Part shown: positions 47,964 through 57,199 of the stretch, piece by piece | Layout of the letters: the number at the start of each line of letters is the position of its first letter | How positions within the stretch are numbered: the stretch's first letter is position 1 | Assembly (NCBI GenBank): GCA_963804345.1 | Contig: CAWDPX010000017.1 | Span: forward strand, 30,673-94,672 | Length of the DNA stretch: 64,000 nt | Reading direction: 5' to 3' | DNA from: an uncultured Verrucomicrobiae bacterium | GTDB taxonomy: Bacteria > Verrucomicrobiota > Verrucomicrobiia > Limisphaerales > UBA11358 | Position numbers and translations under genes: made by a program | The notes under the pieces: generated by a model | The model's input: only the letters and a program-made list of their open reading frames with translations | The model's database searches: none | Told to the model about the DNA's origin: nothing

Positions 47964-48486
47964 AAACCGCAGTATTATTTGTTTCCCAAAAAGCTTTGTT
48001 CGCTTTCCGATCACCTTTTAATCCCATTTATTGCTGTCATTCTGACGGAAGCCGTGACAGCGGCGGTGTATCACCAGCACCGCTTGCATTGTTGCTCTAC
48101 AATGGCTCTCCTTTCTCATCTGCAATTGGAGAGTCTACCGGAAAAGGCCGTCGGTTTTGTGTCAATTAGACACAAAATGAAGTGTCCGTTTTGCGGATAA
48201 ACCCCTGGGAAACCCTGACTAATGGCAATTTTTAGGTGATGCATTCTTACCATAAAGGCAATGACCATGACCTTGACCGAGAAACATGAGACGGTTTTCC
48301 CGCTGGACTGGTGCCGCCGGGAAGGGTTGGAGCGCCACGATCCGTTGAATGTATTTCGACCTGGGCAAGGATGGCTTGTTGATCCGCCCGGTGAAAGCAC
48401 CCGGAAAACGGGCCGTGGCTGGAAAGTTTGCGAACTTCGGCCTTGTCGGTTGCTTCAAAGTCCTGATTGCGGTATGTTTTGCTTCA

Positions 48487-48678
48487 GTGAAACCGATGTC
48501 TTTCAATGAAGTGAAACAGCAGGAAGCGCAAAGCCGCATGACTGCGGCGCGCAAGGCCCGCCGCAGTCCGCAGGCGGCAGCCGTGCTTCAGCAACGGGCT
48601 TCACTGGTGGGCAATGGTGCGAAATGGCGAATCACCAATTTCAAGCAGGTCGCCCGCGCCATGTCCCAATGGGCGTAA
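48487..48678 (+). CDS. Small basic protein, candidate antitoxin
   Basis: About 63 aa, overlapping the downstream nucleotidyltransferase-like gene. Confidence 0.5.
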   Translation: MKPMSFNEVKQQEAQSRMTAARKARRSPQAAAVLQQRASLVGNGAKWRITNFKQVARAMSQWA

Positions 48679-49433
48679 CTGTGGGCTTTTCCCTCCACCA
48701 GTTTTCAGAAGTTTTCAAAATACGCGACGGGGCAGGACAGCCTTATCTTCTCATCGGCGGTCAGGCGGTCAATTATTGGGCTGAACGGTATCTGTCCACC
48801 GAACCACAACTTAAACCATTACAGCCATTCACCAGCGAAGACATTGACTTCAAAGGCAGCTCCGATGATGTCCAACGCATTGCCCGGCAATTGGAACTGG
48901 CTCCGGGTTATCCGTCCAAAGTGGAAATGACCGCGCTGGCGGGCACCATTCCCTTCCAAATCGGCGGTTTGAAATCCAACATTGAAGTGGTCCGGCGGAT
49001 TCCTGGAGTTTCAGGTTCCGTGGACGCCCTGGCAGTTCAGGCGGAGTGGAATGGGAAAATCATCCGCGTCCTTGATCCCATTTCACTGCTGGCGTGCAAA
49101 CTGGAACTGGTCGCCAGTGTGCCGCAGGAAAAAAGGCGCGACGTGGCACATTTGAAAATATTACTGCCTTGTGTCCGCGCGTTTCTGAATGAATTCCTGC
49201 AACAGGTCGAACGTGGCCAGATTCCGGCAAGGCACTGGCTGGGTGCGGCCAATCAGGTGCTGAAATTGACGACCAGCAACCGCGCACGGAAAATCGCCGG
49301 CAAACATCAAATCAACTGGCCGGAAATTCTCCCGTTGACCGCCATCGCCAAAAGCCAGCACGAGAAAATCAGACGGTTTCAGGAACAGCAGTTGGAACAG
49401 GGCTACAAAAAATCAAAGGGTATTTCCACCTGA
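48669..49433 (+). CDS. Pol-beta superfamily nucleotidyltransferase-like protein
   Basis: LLIGGQAV ... TSEDIDF (GG + DxD) and a later K..KRRDVAHL motif. Confidence 0.75.
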   Translation: MGVTVGFSLHQFSEVFKIRDGAGQPYLLIGGQAVNYWAERYLSTEPQLKPLQPFTSEDIDFKGSSDDVQRIARQLELAPGYPSKVEMTALAGTIPFQIGGLKSNIEVVRRIPGVSGSVDALAVQAEWNGKIIRVLDPISLLACKLELVASVPQEKRRDVAHLKILLPCVRAFLNEFLQQVERGQIPARHWLGAANQVLKLTTSNRARKIAGKHQINWPEILPLTAIAKSQHEKIRRFQEQQLEQGYKKSKGIST

Positions 49434-50356
49434 TGTAATGTCCGGCGCTTTGACTGACCGGATTTCCTCCAGGTATTCGGAAACCGGCCAGACAAGGCAC
49501 CTCTCAATTGAACCTACACGGCAACGCACTCAGCATCCGTTTCTAAAACCCCGCCACATTTCACAGCCGTTCCATTCCGCTCCGGTTTCAGAAACGGATG
49601 TTCAGTGCGTCCACTACAATCATTATCGAGTTCCATTTGAAACGCATTACGGAGGCATCCACCAATTCATTTTGGCGTCCGGTTGGCAGTCCGCGTAGCG
49701 TCTGGCGAATCATCCGGGCAGTTGTCGGGAAACATCTCACTGAACACCGATAAATGTCCGCGTAATTGCTGGCGCAACTGTCCGGAAGTGTCTGGGCAAC
49801 GTCTGGTCAATTGCCGTTGAAATCCGCGAAGTAGCTCGCGCAACATCCGCGTAACAAGTCGCGTGACAGCCAGACAACACAACTGAAATAGTCCATGCAA
49901 CAAACGCGTACTGCCCAAGAACAATCCATGTCTACGGACGAATACCGGTCGCAGGCATTAAACGGACGTTGACTCTCCAAATCCCCGGATAATCCAAAAC
50001 CGTGTTCAGTCCATATTCTCGTCCGCGAATTGTCCACGTCACAGACAGTCCGCATCAAATTTGCTACCGGTTTTGTCGCCTGTATCGGTCATCACTGGTA
50101 TTTTGATTCTTGCCCATGGCGCAGTTGCGCTGACAAGGGCGCGCGCGAATCCTGATTTGATGGTATGTCGCCGGTTGTCGCATCAAGGTCGAATTCCCCC
50201 GTTGCCCTTGAATTTCCACCTTGACCCGCCGCCCGGCTCCGGGGACTGGCTCTTAGGATTCGCGCGCTGGACAACTGTTCACAGGAAGAAGAATTAAATT
50301 ACCCATGGAAGAGGATTGCCATAATCGCCTTCCCACATGTCACGTCGAGCTGTGGC

Positions 50357-51445
50357 TCAACGTGGAATCAAATGGATGTGCGGAGCTTTGATCAAGGCAA
50401 CCACGGAAGCGCCCGCCTTCAATGCCAGTTCATCGCAAGCTTGACGGGTCAGCAACGCTTTCAATGGAAAACCGCAATCCAGTTCGATCCGCATCATCGG
50501 TCCTTCCGGTGAGAGCGCAAGCACCGTTGCGGACAGGCGGTTGCGCGCACTGGCTGGTGTGCCGCCGTTCTGAATCAAGATCACGTCCTCAGCGCGGATG
50601 CAGAGGTGTACGACATTCGCGCCGGAAGGCAAATCTTCGGCCAGCGCGGTAAATTCATGCCCGTTCACGTTCACGGTCGCCAGTCCATCTGACACACGGG
50701 TGAGGTGTCCGAGCAAAACGGTTTCGGTTCCGACAATCGCCGCCACCGCCAGATTGGCTGGATGATTTATCACATCCGCGACCGGTCCGGTCTGGAGCAC
50801 GTGTCCCTGGTCGAGCACCACGAGCTGGTCGCCCAAGGCCGCGGCTTCATACCGGTCATGCGTCACCAAAATTGCAGGAATTCCCAACTGCAAAAGCTGC
50901 GAACGCAACTCGCCACGCAATCGCTGGCGTGTAGGTGTGTCGAGCGCGGAAAGCGGCTCGTCGAGCAACAGCAAACGCGGACGGCGTACCACGGCGCGGG
51001 CAAGTCCGACGCGTTGCTGCTGGCCGCCGGAAAGTTCGTGCGGCAGGCGGGTTTCGAGTCCGTCCAGCCTGAGCCAGCGCACAATTTTACTGACGCGTGC
51101 CTTTTTTTCGGTGGCGCTTTGCCCGTGCAATCCGTAACCGATGTTGGCCGCAACAGTGAGATGCGGAAATAATGCGTAATCCTGCGGCACAAATCCTGTA
51201 TTCCGTTTTCGCGCCGGAACAATCTTTTTTGAGTCCGAGTCGAACCACACTTCACCGTCAAATTGGATATTCCCTGCTTCGGGCTGCTCCAATCCGGCGA
51301 GGCAGCGAAGCATGGTCGTTTTGCCCGAACCTGACGGGCCGAACAGCACGGTGACGCCGTTCGTGCTGGCGTGCAAGTTTTCCGCGCGAATCACCGGGCC
51401 GCTGGCGAAGCGTTTCGTGAAGCTGGCCTGGATGCCGGGCGTCAT
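50357..51445 (-). CDS. modC: Molybdate ABC transporter ATPase with TOBE domains
   Basis: GPSGSGKT, LSGGQQQRV, LLDEP and VTHD. The start is re-placed at MTPGIQ, overlapping the modB stop. Confidence 0.9.
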   Translation of the reverse strand: MTPGIQASFTKRFASGPVIRAENLHASTNGVTVLFGPSGSGKTTMLRCLAGLEQPEAGNIQFDGEVWFDSDSKKIVPARKRNTGFVPQDYALFPHLTVAANIGYGLHGQSATEKKARVSKIVRWLRLDGLETRLPHELSGGQQQRVGLARAVVRRPRLLLLDEPLSALDTPTRQRLRGELRSQLLQLGIPAILVTHDRYEAAALGDQLVVLDQGHVLQTGPVADVINHPANLAVAAIVGTETVLLGHLTRVSDGLATVNVNGHEFTALAEDLPSGANVVHLCIRAEDVILIQNGGTPASARNRLSATVLALSPEGPMMRIELDCGFPLKALLTRQACDELALKAGASVVALIKAPHIHLIPR

Positions 51446-52110
51446 ATTTTGCTCCTGCGTTGCAACCGCTCGCTGATCCACAGCGCGGCAAACGCCAGTG
51501 CCAGCGAAATGCCGGCCAGCGTCCAGGCATGGCTGTCTTCGCCCAGTTGCACGAGCTGGTAAATATCGGTGGACAACGTGGTGGTGACGCCGGGAATGTT
51601 CCCGGCCACCATGATGGTCGCGCCGAATTCGCCCAGTGCGCGCGCAAACGCCAGCAATGTTCCCGCCAGCAATCCGCGGCGTGCCAGCGGCAATGTAATG
51701 GTGAAGAACACGCGCCATTCGCCCGCGCCCAGCGTGCGGGCCATCTGCTCCAGCGCCGGATTCACCTCCTCAATCGCGGCACGCGCCGTCCGTACGAGCA
51801 GGGGAAATGACATCACCGCCAGCGCCAGGGCCACGGCGCGCCAGGTGAACACGATGTCGAGATGGAATTCCGAGTAAAGCCAGTGGCCGAGAGGGCCGCG
51901 CCGGCCAAACAGTTTCAGCAGAACCAGTCCGGTGACCACTGGCGGCAGAACGAGAGGCAGGGCGACCACCGTTTCCACCAGCGATTTGCCGCGCCAGCGG
52001 AGCCGCGCCAGACACCACGCCAGCGTGACGCCCGGCACGAGAATCAACGCCGTGCTCAACACGGCCATGCCCGCCGTGAACGCGACGAGCTGCCATTCGG
52101 CGGGTGTCAT
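51442..52110 (-). CDS. modB: Molybdate ABC permease
   Basis: LPLVLPPVVTG and FARALGEFGATIMVAGNIPG. Confidence 0.95.
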   Translation of the reverse strand: MTPAEWQLVAFTAGMAVLSTALILVPGVTLAWCLARLRWRGKSLVETVVALPLVLPPVVTGLVLLKLFGRRGPLGHWLYSEFHLDIVFTWRAVALALAVMSFPLLVRTARAAIEEVNPALEQMARTLGAGEWRVFFTITLPLARRGLLAGTLLAFARALGEFGATIMVAGNIPGVTTTLSTDIYQLVQLGEDSHAWTLAGISLALAFAALWISERLQRRSKI

Positions 52111-52137
52111 GACCTGCGGCGGTGGCTGCCAGCGGGG

Positions 52138-52350
52138 TTATTCATCCACGCCGACCATCACGCTGGAGGCTTTGATGACCGCGTAGGCCGTCCGTCCTTT
52201 TTTCAGTTTCAAGGCGGCGGCGCTTTCGGCGGTAATCGTTGAAACAATTTGAACTTTCGGGGCGATTTCCAGAACGACGAGGCTGCTGATGGGGCCGCGT
52301 TTGATGTTTTTTATTTTGCCTTTAAGAACATTGCGGGCGCTGAGTTTCAT
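52138..52350 (-). CDS. mop: Molbindin (Mop/TOBE) protein
   Basis: MKLSARNVLKG .. STIT..S...L.L..G..AYAVIKAS. Confidence 0.92.
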   Translation of the reverse strand: MKLSARNVLKGKIKNIKRGPISSLVVLEIAPKVQIVSTITAESAAALKLKKGRTAYAVIKASSVMVGVDE

Positions 52351-52373
52351 GATTTTCCTTTTGGTTTGACTGG

Positions 52374-53138
52374 TTATTTACCGGCGGTGGACAAAACAAT
52401 AAACCCGTGGCGGGCGAAGACTGCATCTGCCCCGCTGCCCGTCAGGTATCCCAGAAACTTTTTCGCGGCGTCCGGTTGCGGCGCGTTCGCCACCAGTGCC
52501 GCCGGATAGGAAATCTTCGGTCCATCGGCAGCCGGCACCTCAATAGCCACTTTTACCCTTTTGGAAATCGCGGCATCCGTCTTGTAAACCACACCGGCAT
52601 CCACGTTGCCGGATTCCACGGCGGCGAGAACGGCGCGAACATTTTCGCAGGGAACCACCTTGGGTTCGACTCCCGCCCACAGCCCGGATTTTTCGAGATA
52701 AGCTTTCGCGTAAGTTCCGGCGGGAACAATCCTGACATCGCCGAGCGCGACGCGCTTGACGGCGGCATTGGTCAAATCGGCGGGCGACTGGATCGCCGTG
52801 CTGTCCGGCGGGGTGACGATGACGAGCGAATTGCCCAGCAGACTTTTGCGCGTTTCCTTCACGAGCAATCCCTTCTTTTCCAACGCATCGGCCTTGGCCT
52901 CGTCGGCGGAAATAAATATGTCGGCGGGTGCGCCTTCCTCAATCTGCCGCGCCAGCGTGCCGGACGCGGCGAAGTTGAAGACAATTTTGTCGCCGGACTG
53001 TTTTTCATAGGCGGCGGCGATTTCCTGGAGCGACTCCGTCAGGCTCGCGGCGGCGAAAACCATCACCGTCGCGGCGCGCAATGGCACCGCGAAGAATAGC
53101 AAAGTTCCCACGATCAAGGCTGAAATTATTTTCTTCAT
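52374..53138 (-). CDS. modA: Molybdate ABC substrate-binding protein
   Basis: VFAAASL, FAASGTLARQIEEGAPADIFISA, VPAGTYA and GVVYKTDA. Confidence 0.95.
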   Translation of the reverse strand: MKKIISALIVGTLLFFAVPLRAATVMVFAAASLTESLQEIAAAYEKQSGDKIVFNFAASGTLARQIEEGAPADIFISADEAKADALEKKGLLVKETRKSLLGNSLVIVTPPDSTAIQSPADLTNAAVKRVALGDVRIVPAGTYAKAYLEKSGLWAGVEPKVVPCENVRAVLAAVESGNVDAGVVYKTDAAISKRVKVAIEVPAADGPKISYPAALVANAPQPDAAKKFLGYLTGSGADAVFARHGFIVLSTAGK

Positions 53139-53204
53139 CACAGCGAAAATCTTTCCACAAAAGCGTGGCTGGCGCAAATGCAATACCAGCCGTCCGCCTC
53201 GATC

Positions 53205-53687
53205 TTACCAGGGTGTTTTGCGTTCAAAGCGTGCGTCAGCGACGACCGGTTTATCCGGCACCGTATCCAGCCAGCCACAGCGTTGCACCGGATAATTGTC
53301 GTATTGCGGAACGTAAGGCTTGATGTCGAGCAGAGGTGTGCCGTCCAGAATGTCCACCTCGGCCAGACGAAGGATGCAGCCTTCAATGTTTAACAACCGC
53401 ACGCATGAAATTCCGAGCGCATTTGGGCGGGCTGGAGCGCGCGTGGCAAACAGGCCGTGTTCCACCGTGTCGCGGTAAGGCACCACGCTCATCTTGGCAA
53501 CCGCCGCCCGGTGAAACCAATAAATCAACCAAATGCGGTCGAAGTCGGCCAAGTCTTCCTATCCAGCGACAAATTCCGGAAGCAAGGTGACGTATCCGGG
53601 CGAATCACCGGCCCGACACGGTTGGATCGGTGTGCCGGTCGCCTGCTTGAACGCAGAGTGAACGACTCCGATTGGGATCAGGTTCAT
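53205..53687 (-). pseudogene. tsaA: TrmO/TsaA family SAM-binding protein interrupted by an in-frame TAG (53559-53561)
   Basis: MNLIPIGVVHS..GTPIQP..EFVAG*EDLADFDRIWLIYWFH..GLFATRAPARPN..LDGTPLLDIKPY, all in one frame. Confidence 0.85.
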
Positions 53688-53743
53688 GGATGGAGAAGGG
53701 TGAACTGTTTTTAACATAATTCTATTTCCAATCATTTTCGCAT

Positions 53744-55168
53744 TCATCCGACGCATCGGCAGAACGAGGCTGGCCGTAAATCCCCGGAGTCAGCCAAGCT
53801 CGTGGACTCAATCGGCGGCAACCGTCCGCGACGGTGCTGCACGCCTACATACAATGCCAACAAGCAGCCCGCCAGACCGCAGGCGAACAGATACAAATAG
53901 CCGCTCATGTAGTCGAATTTCAGAGGCGCACAGAAATAGCCGGAGTAGAGCTTGACCCACAACCCGACTCCGTTCATCAGCAGCACCGTGGCCAGACCGC
54001 GTGCGATCAAGAAACCGGAGTTGAACGTGCCCAGCAATTTCGGCGGCGTGAGGTCGAAGAGCAACGGTTCCAGTGAAAGCAGCGTTGCGGTTCGCGCCAG
54101 CGCCCCGACGGCGGTAAAACCGATCACCGCCGGGACCGGCGGAATCTGTTGTGGCGCGGCAAATTTCACATAGAGCCAGTAGGCCAGCGGCTGAAGCGCG
54201 GCCAGCCACAGCCCCGCCTGAAAAAGCCGGAAGCGATCCGTCCGATCCAGCAGCCACGCCATCAGCGGCAGCACCAGTCCGATTTCCAGCAGAATGATGA
54301 TGCCGTGCATATTGCCCATGGCGCGCTTAGTGTAGCCAAATTGCTCGGTGATGAGCAGCGGCTGAAGCTGGCCGAGTCCCACTTGGGCCGCAACCGACGC
54401 CAGCACCAGCAGGCAAAGCAGCCGCGCGCGAACCGTGCCGAAAACGCTCTGAAAAAACGCGCGGCCCGGCCAGAACGCCGATAGCGGCTTGGGTCGAACT
54501 GTTTCGTCTTCGTCCGGCGCCGGCGGCGTTTCGCGCACAAAGAGAATGACAAACAACACGCTCGCCAGCACCAGCGCGGCTGCGAGAAAATATATCAACT
54601 GTTCTCCCGTGAGGTTCAGCGCCTTCAGGCCGCCGAAACCGGGGGTCAGCTTGACGGCGTTGACCTCGTCGAACCGGCCGATGAGCAGAAAGTTGAAAAA
54701 CAGCCGGGCGATCACGCTCATCAAACGGTTGACCGCCACCGCCCGGCCCCGCTGCGGCGGCGGCACGATTTCATAATAAAGCGGACTCCACGGCCCGGTG
54801 AAACCGAAGTCCACCGCGAATTGGTAAAGCAGAATCGCTGGAATGAGCGTCCACAGATTTGGAGCGAGCGGCAAAACCACCAGTGACGGAATCAGCAAGA
54901 CCAGCCCGGCCACGATGAACGGCTTGCGCCGGCCCCAGCGGGTGCGCAGCCGGTCGCTCTTCCAGGCGACGAGCGGGGCGACCAGGAAATTGAAGGCGAT
55001 GTTGATACTGCCCAGCAGCGAGATGAGCGCCGGGTCGGCGATAAATTTGCGCATCGTGAAAATCAGCGCCGTGCCGCTGCATTTTTCGACAAAGGCAAAC
55101 ACGCCGACCGGCAGGCTCATCCAGAGAACCCAGGCCCAGGGAATTCGCGCGGTGCGGGTCAGAATCAT
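53744..55168 (-). CDS. MFS transporter (GPH-like)
   Basis: SDRLRTRWGRRKPF motif and about 12 hydrophobic segments. Confidence 0.88.
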   Translation of the reverse strand: MILTRTARIPWAWVLWMSLPVGVFAFVEKCSGTALIFTMRKFIADPALISLLGSINIAFNFLVAPLVAWKSDRLRTRWGRRKPFIVAGLVLLIPSLVVLPLAPNLWTLIPAILLYQFAVDFGFTGPWSPLYYEIVPPPQRGRAVAVNRLMSVIARLFFNFLLIGRFDEVNAVKLTPGFGGLKALNLTGEQLIYFLAAALVLASVLFVILFVRETPPAPDEDETVRPKPLSAFWPGRAFFQSVFGTVRARLLCLLVLASVAAQVGLGQLQPLLITEQFGYTKRAMGNMHGIIILLEIGLVLPLMAWLLDRTDRFRLFQAGLWLAALQPLAYWLYVKFAAPQQIPPVPAVIGFTAVGALARTATLLSLEPLLFDLTPPKLLGTFNSGFLIARGLATVLLMNGVGLWVKLYSGYFCAPLKFDYMSGYLYLFACGLAGCLLALYVGVQHRRGRLPPIESTSLADSGDLRPASFCRCVG

Positions 55169-55177
55169 GTCCAGCCT

Positions 55178-56056
55178 TTAAGCGCGCCGGTTCCGGCGCC
55201 GCACGCACAGCAACAGCAACCCACCGGCAATCATGGTCGCCGTCGCCGGTTCCGGCACCACGGCGATGTCAAAGGACAGGGTTGGCGAATACAGCGCCGG
55301 GTTGCTGCCGCTGCTGTAACTGTGCGAGGTGAAATTGAAGGCTACGTGATTGTCGGCAGGGGTGAGCAGCAACGAAATCGAATCGCCGGACATCAAGGCG
55401 GACAAAAAGTCGGCGTTGGCTGTGCTGACTGAATACGTTGCGGGCACCAGCGTTCCTTGCGCCACGTACGAACAGGTGTTGAGCAGCGTGGCGGGTGTGG
55501 CGCTCAACGTGGATTGGAGGCTGTTGTAAGTGATGCCGGTGTAGGAAGCAGGCGACTGGCTGCCCGTGCCTTGAATCCAGTCGCCATCGTTGAACAGCCA
55601 ACTGACGTTGAAGCTCCCGCTGGTGCCGGGACTGTTGAACATGGAATTGCCGACGGTGCTGGAGGTGTTCAAGGTCAAGGACAGGGATGAAATGCTCCAG
55701 TCGCCAACGCCGTATTCTGAGTTCAGCGTGGCCACCGTGGAGGAGAAATCAAACCGCAGGACCGAGTCGAATTCGCCTTTGGAGGGATTGGCGGGGTAGT
55801 TGCCAGGATGCGCCGAGGGCGAGGCGATGGAACGCGAGTTCATGCCGCCAAAATTTTGGCTGGCGGCGTTTGGATAACTGCTGTTGCCCGGGCCGGGATT
55901 CAGCACAAAGGAGTCGTCCGTGTCATAAACGGAAACGGAGGGTTGCGCCTGAACGGCAACATTCCAGAGCGCGGTGCAAACGGCCGCCAGGGCCAGTGCG
56001 GGTTTATAATGGTTGATGAGTTTCATTTTGAGGGTTTGTTTCATGTTGTTTTTCAT
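55178..56056 (-). CDS. PEP-CTERM exosortase-target protein
   Basis: Own signal peptide (VQA-QP) and ends VPEP + TM helix + RRRNRR. Its ATG overlaps the upstream TGA (ATGA). Confidence 0.88.
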   Translation of the reverse strand: MKNNMKQTLKMKLINHYKPALALAAVCTALWNVAVQAQPSVSVYDTDDSFVLNPGPGNSSYPNAASQNFGGMNSRSIASPSAHPGNYPANPSKGEFDSVLRFDFSSTVATLNSEYGVGDWSISSLSLTLNTSSTVGNSMFNSPGTSGSFNVSWLFNDGDWIQGTGSQSPASYTGITYNSLQSTLSATPATLLNTCSYVAQGTLVPATYSVSTANADFLSALMSGDSISLLLTPADNHVAFNFTSHSYSSGSNPALYSPTLSFDIAVVPEPATATMIAGGLLLLCVRRRNRRA

Positions 56057-57181
56057 TTGAGGATGCGTATTCGCAAAAAGCGGCTGGTGGCGGCGGGCAC
56101 TGGTACGAGGTCGCGCACGGTCACATTTTTGAGACCCTGCCGTGACCGAAACGGTTTCACTGACCAGTCCCGGTCCGCTCATAGGCATGCCGTTGGTGCC
56201 AGCGGCCACGAGTGTCCACTGGCTTTGGGTCAAAGCGGCGGCGGCCTCCACGAGGTAAGTCAGGTTGGTGACCCCGGCGAGGCGTTGAAAACTCAAGTTT
56301 AAATACTGGGTGCCGTTCAAAAGTCTGATTTGTGCCACCGGCGGCGGCAGCGGCGAGGCGGTGACAAAAATCGTCGCCGAATACTCATTCGTGCCCCGGT
56401 CGTCGCCGTATTGGTGCGAAGTGAAATTAAAGGCGACCTGATCATCCGCCGCGTTAAACAACAGCGTGGTGGGCTGCGTGTTGATGAGCGCCGCCAGGAA
56501 TGACAGGTTCGTTGTCGTCAGGGAATTGGTCACGGGAATGAGCGTTCCCTGCTTCACAAAATTCAGCGTGTTCAGCACCACCGCCGGATTGGTGCTCAAA
56601 ATGGATTGCAGGCCGTTGTAGGTCAGGTTGGTGAAATTATCCGGACTTGCGACCGGATCGTGCGAGCTGCTTCCCTGATTGATGTAACCGTTGCCTTGAA
56701 CCCAGCCGCCATCGTTGGGCATCCAGCAGACATTGAATTGGCCGGCAGTGCCTGGTGCATTGAACATTCCGGGACCGGCCACGTTGTCGGAGGTCGTTAG
56801 TTTCAGCGCCAGCCCGGTGATGCGCCAGCAACCCACGCCGTATTGCGCGTCGAGTTGCGCGACGGCGTTGGACGGATAAAACCGGGCCACCACGTCAAAC
56901 TCGCCCATGCTTGGATTGGCGGGATTGCCTCCCGGATGCGCTGTGGCCGCCGCAACGTGCCGCGAGCGCATATAACCGAAATTGCGTTCGGCTCCATCCC
57001 AGTAGCTGGCCATGTTGCCCGGCCCCGGTGACATTACAAAAGTGTCATCGGTCGCATAAATTGGCGCGGTGGTTTGTGCGACGACCGGCAGAGTCAGGAG
57101 CGTCAATAGCCCGCCCAAGACTGCCGCCAACCACTGCGGTTTTGACTTCGTTCGCACGTGCTGAGTTGATTTCGTAGTCAT
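56053..57181 (-). CDS. Exported paralog of the PEP-CTERM protein with a different C-terminal domain; a 1-bp frameshift near 56126-56137 fuses it to the next gene
   Basis: Removing one base gives ..NVTVRDLVPVPAATSRFLRIRILK* ending at 56053. The N-terminal domain is clearly homologous to the downstream protein. Confidence 0.8.
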
Positions 57182-57199
57182 GGATTGGATGGATTTGCT

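Larger units (their letters stand above)
43266..50350. mobile_element. Putative integrative mobilizable element at tRNA-Asn (right boundary uncertain)
   Basis: Integrase directly after the tRNA, then HTH, MobF relaxase and a TA-like pair. GC is visibly lower and no host palindromes were seen. No attR repeat was found by eye. Confidence 0.75.

Noticed and set aside
50230-50260. attR of the tRNA-Asn element
   Set aside because: Only a 6-bp inverted match (TGGCTC) to the tRNA end, which is expected by chance.
51446-51718. N-terminal extension of modC in the ORF track, and similar extensions for tatD, the RelE-like, FG-GAP and XRE genes
   Set aside because: The extensions overlap the upstream gene, repeats or promoter. 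Downstream ATGs match the family N termini.
53559-53561. Pyrrolysine or alternative genetic code at the trmO TAG
   Set aside because: It is a single case at a Leu-type position, TAG terminates other genes normally, and no pyl genes are visible.
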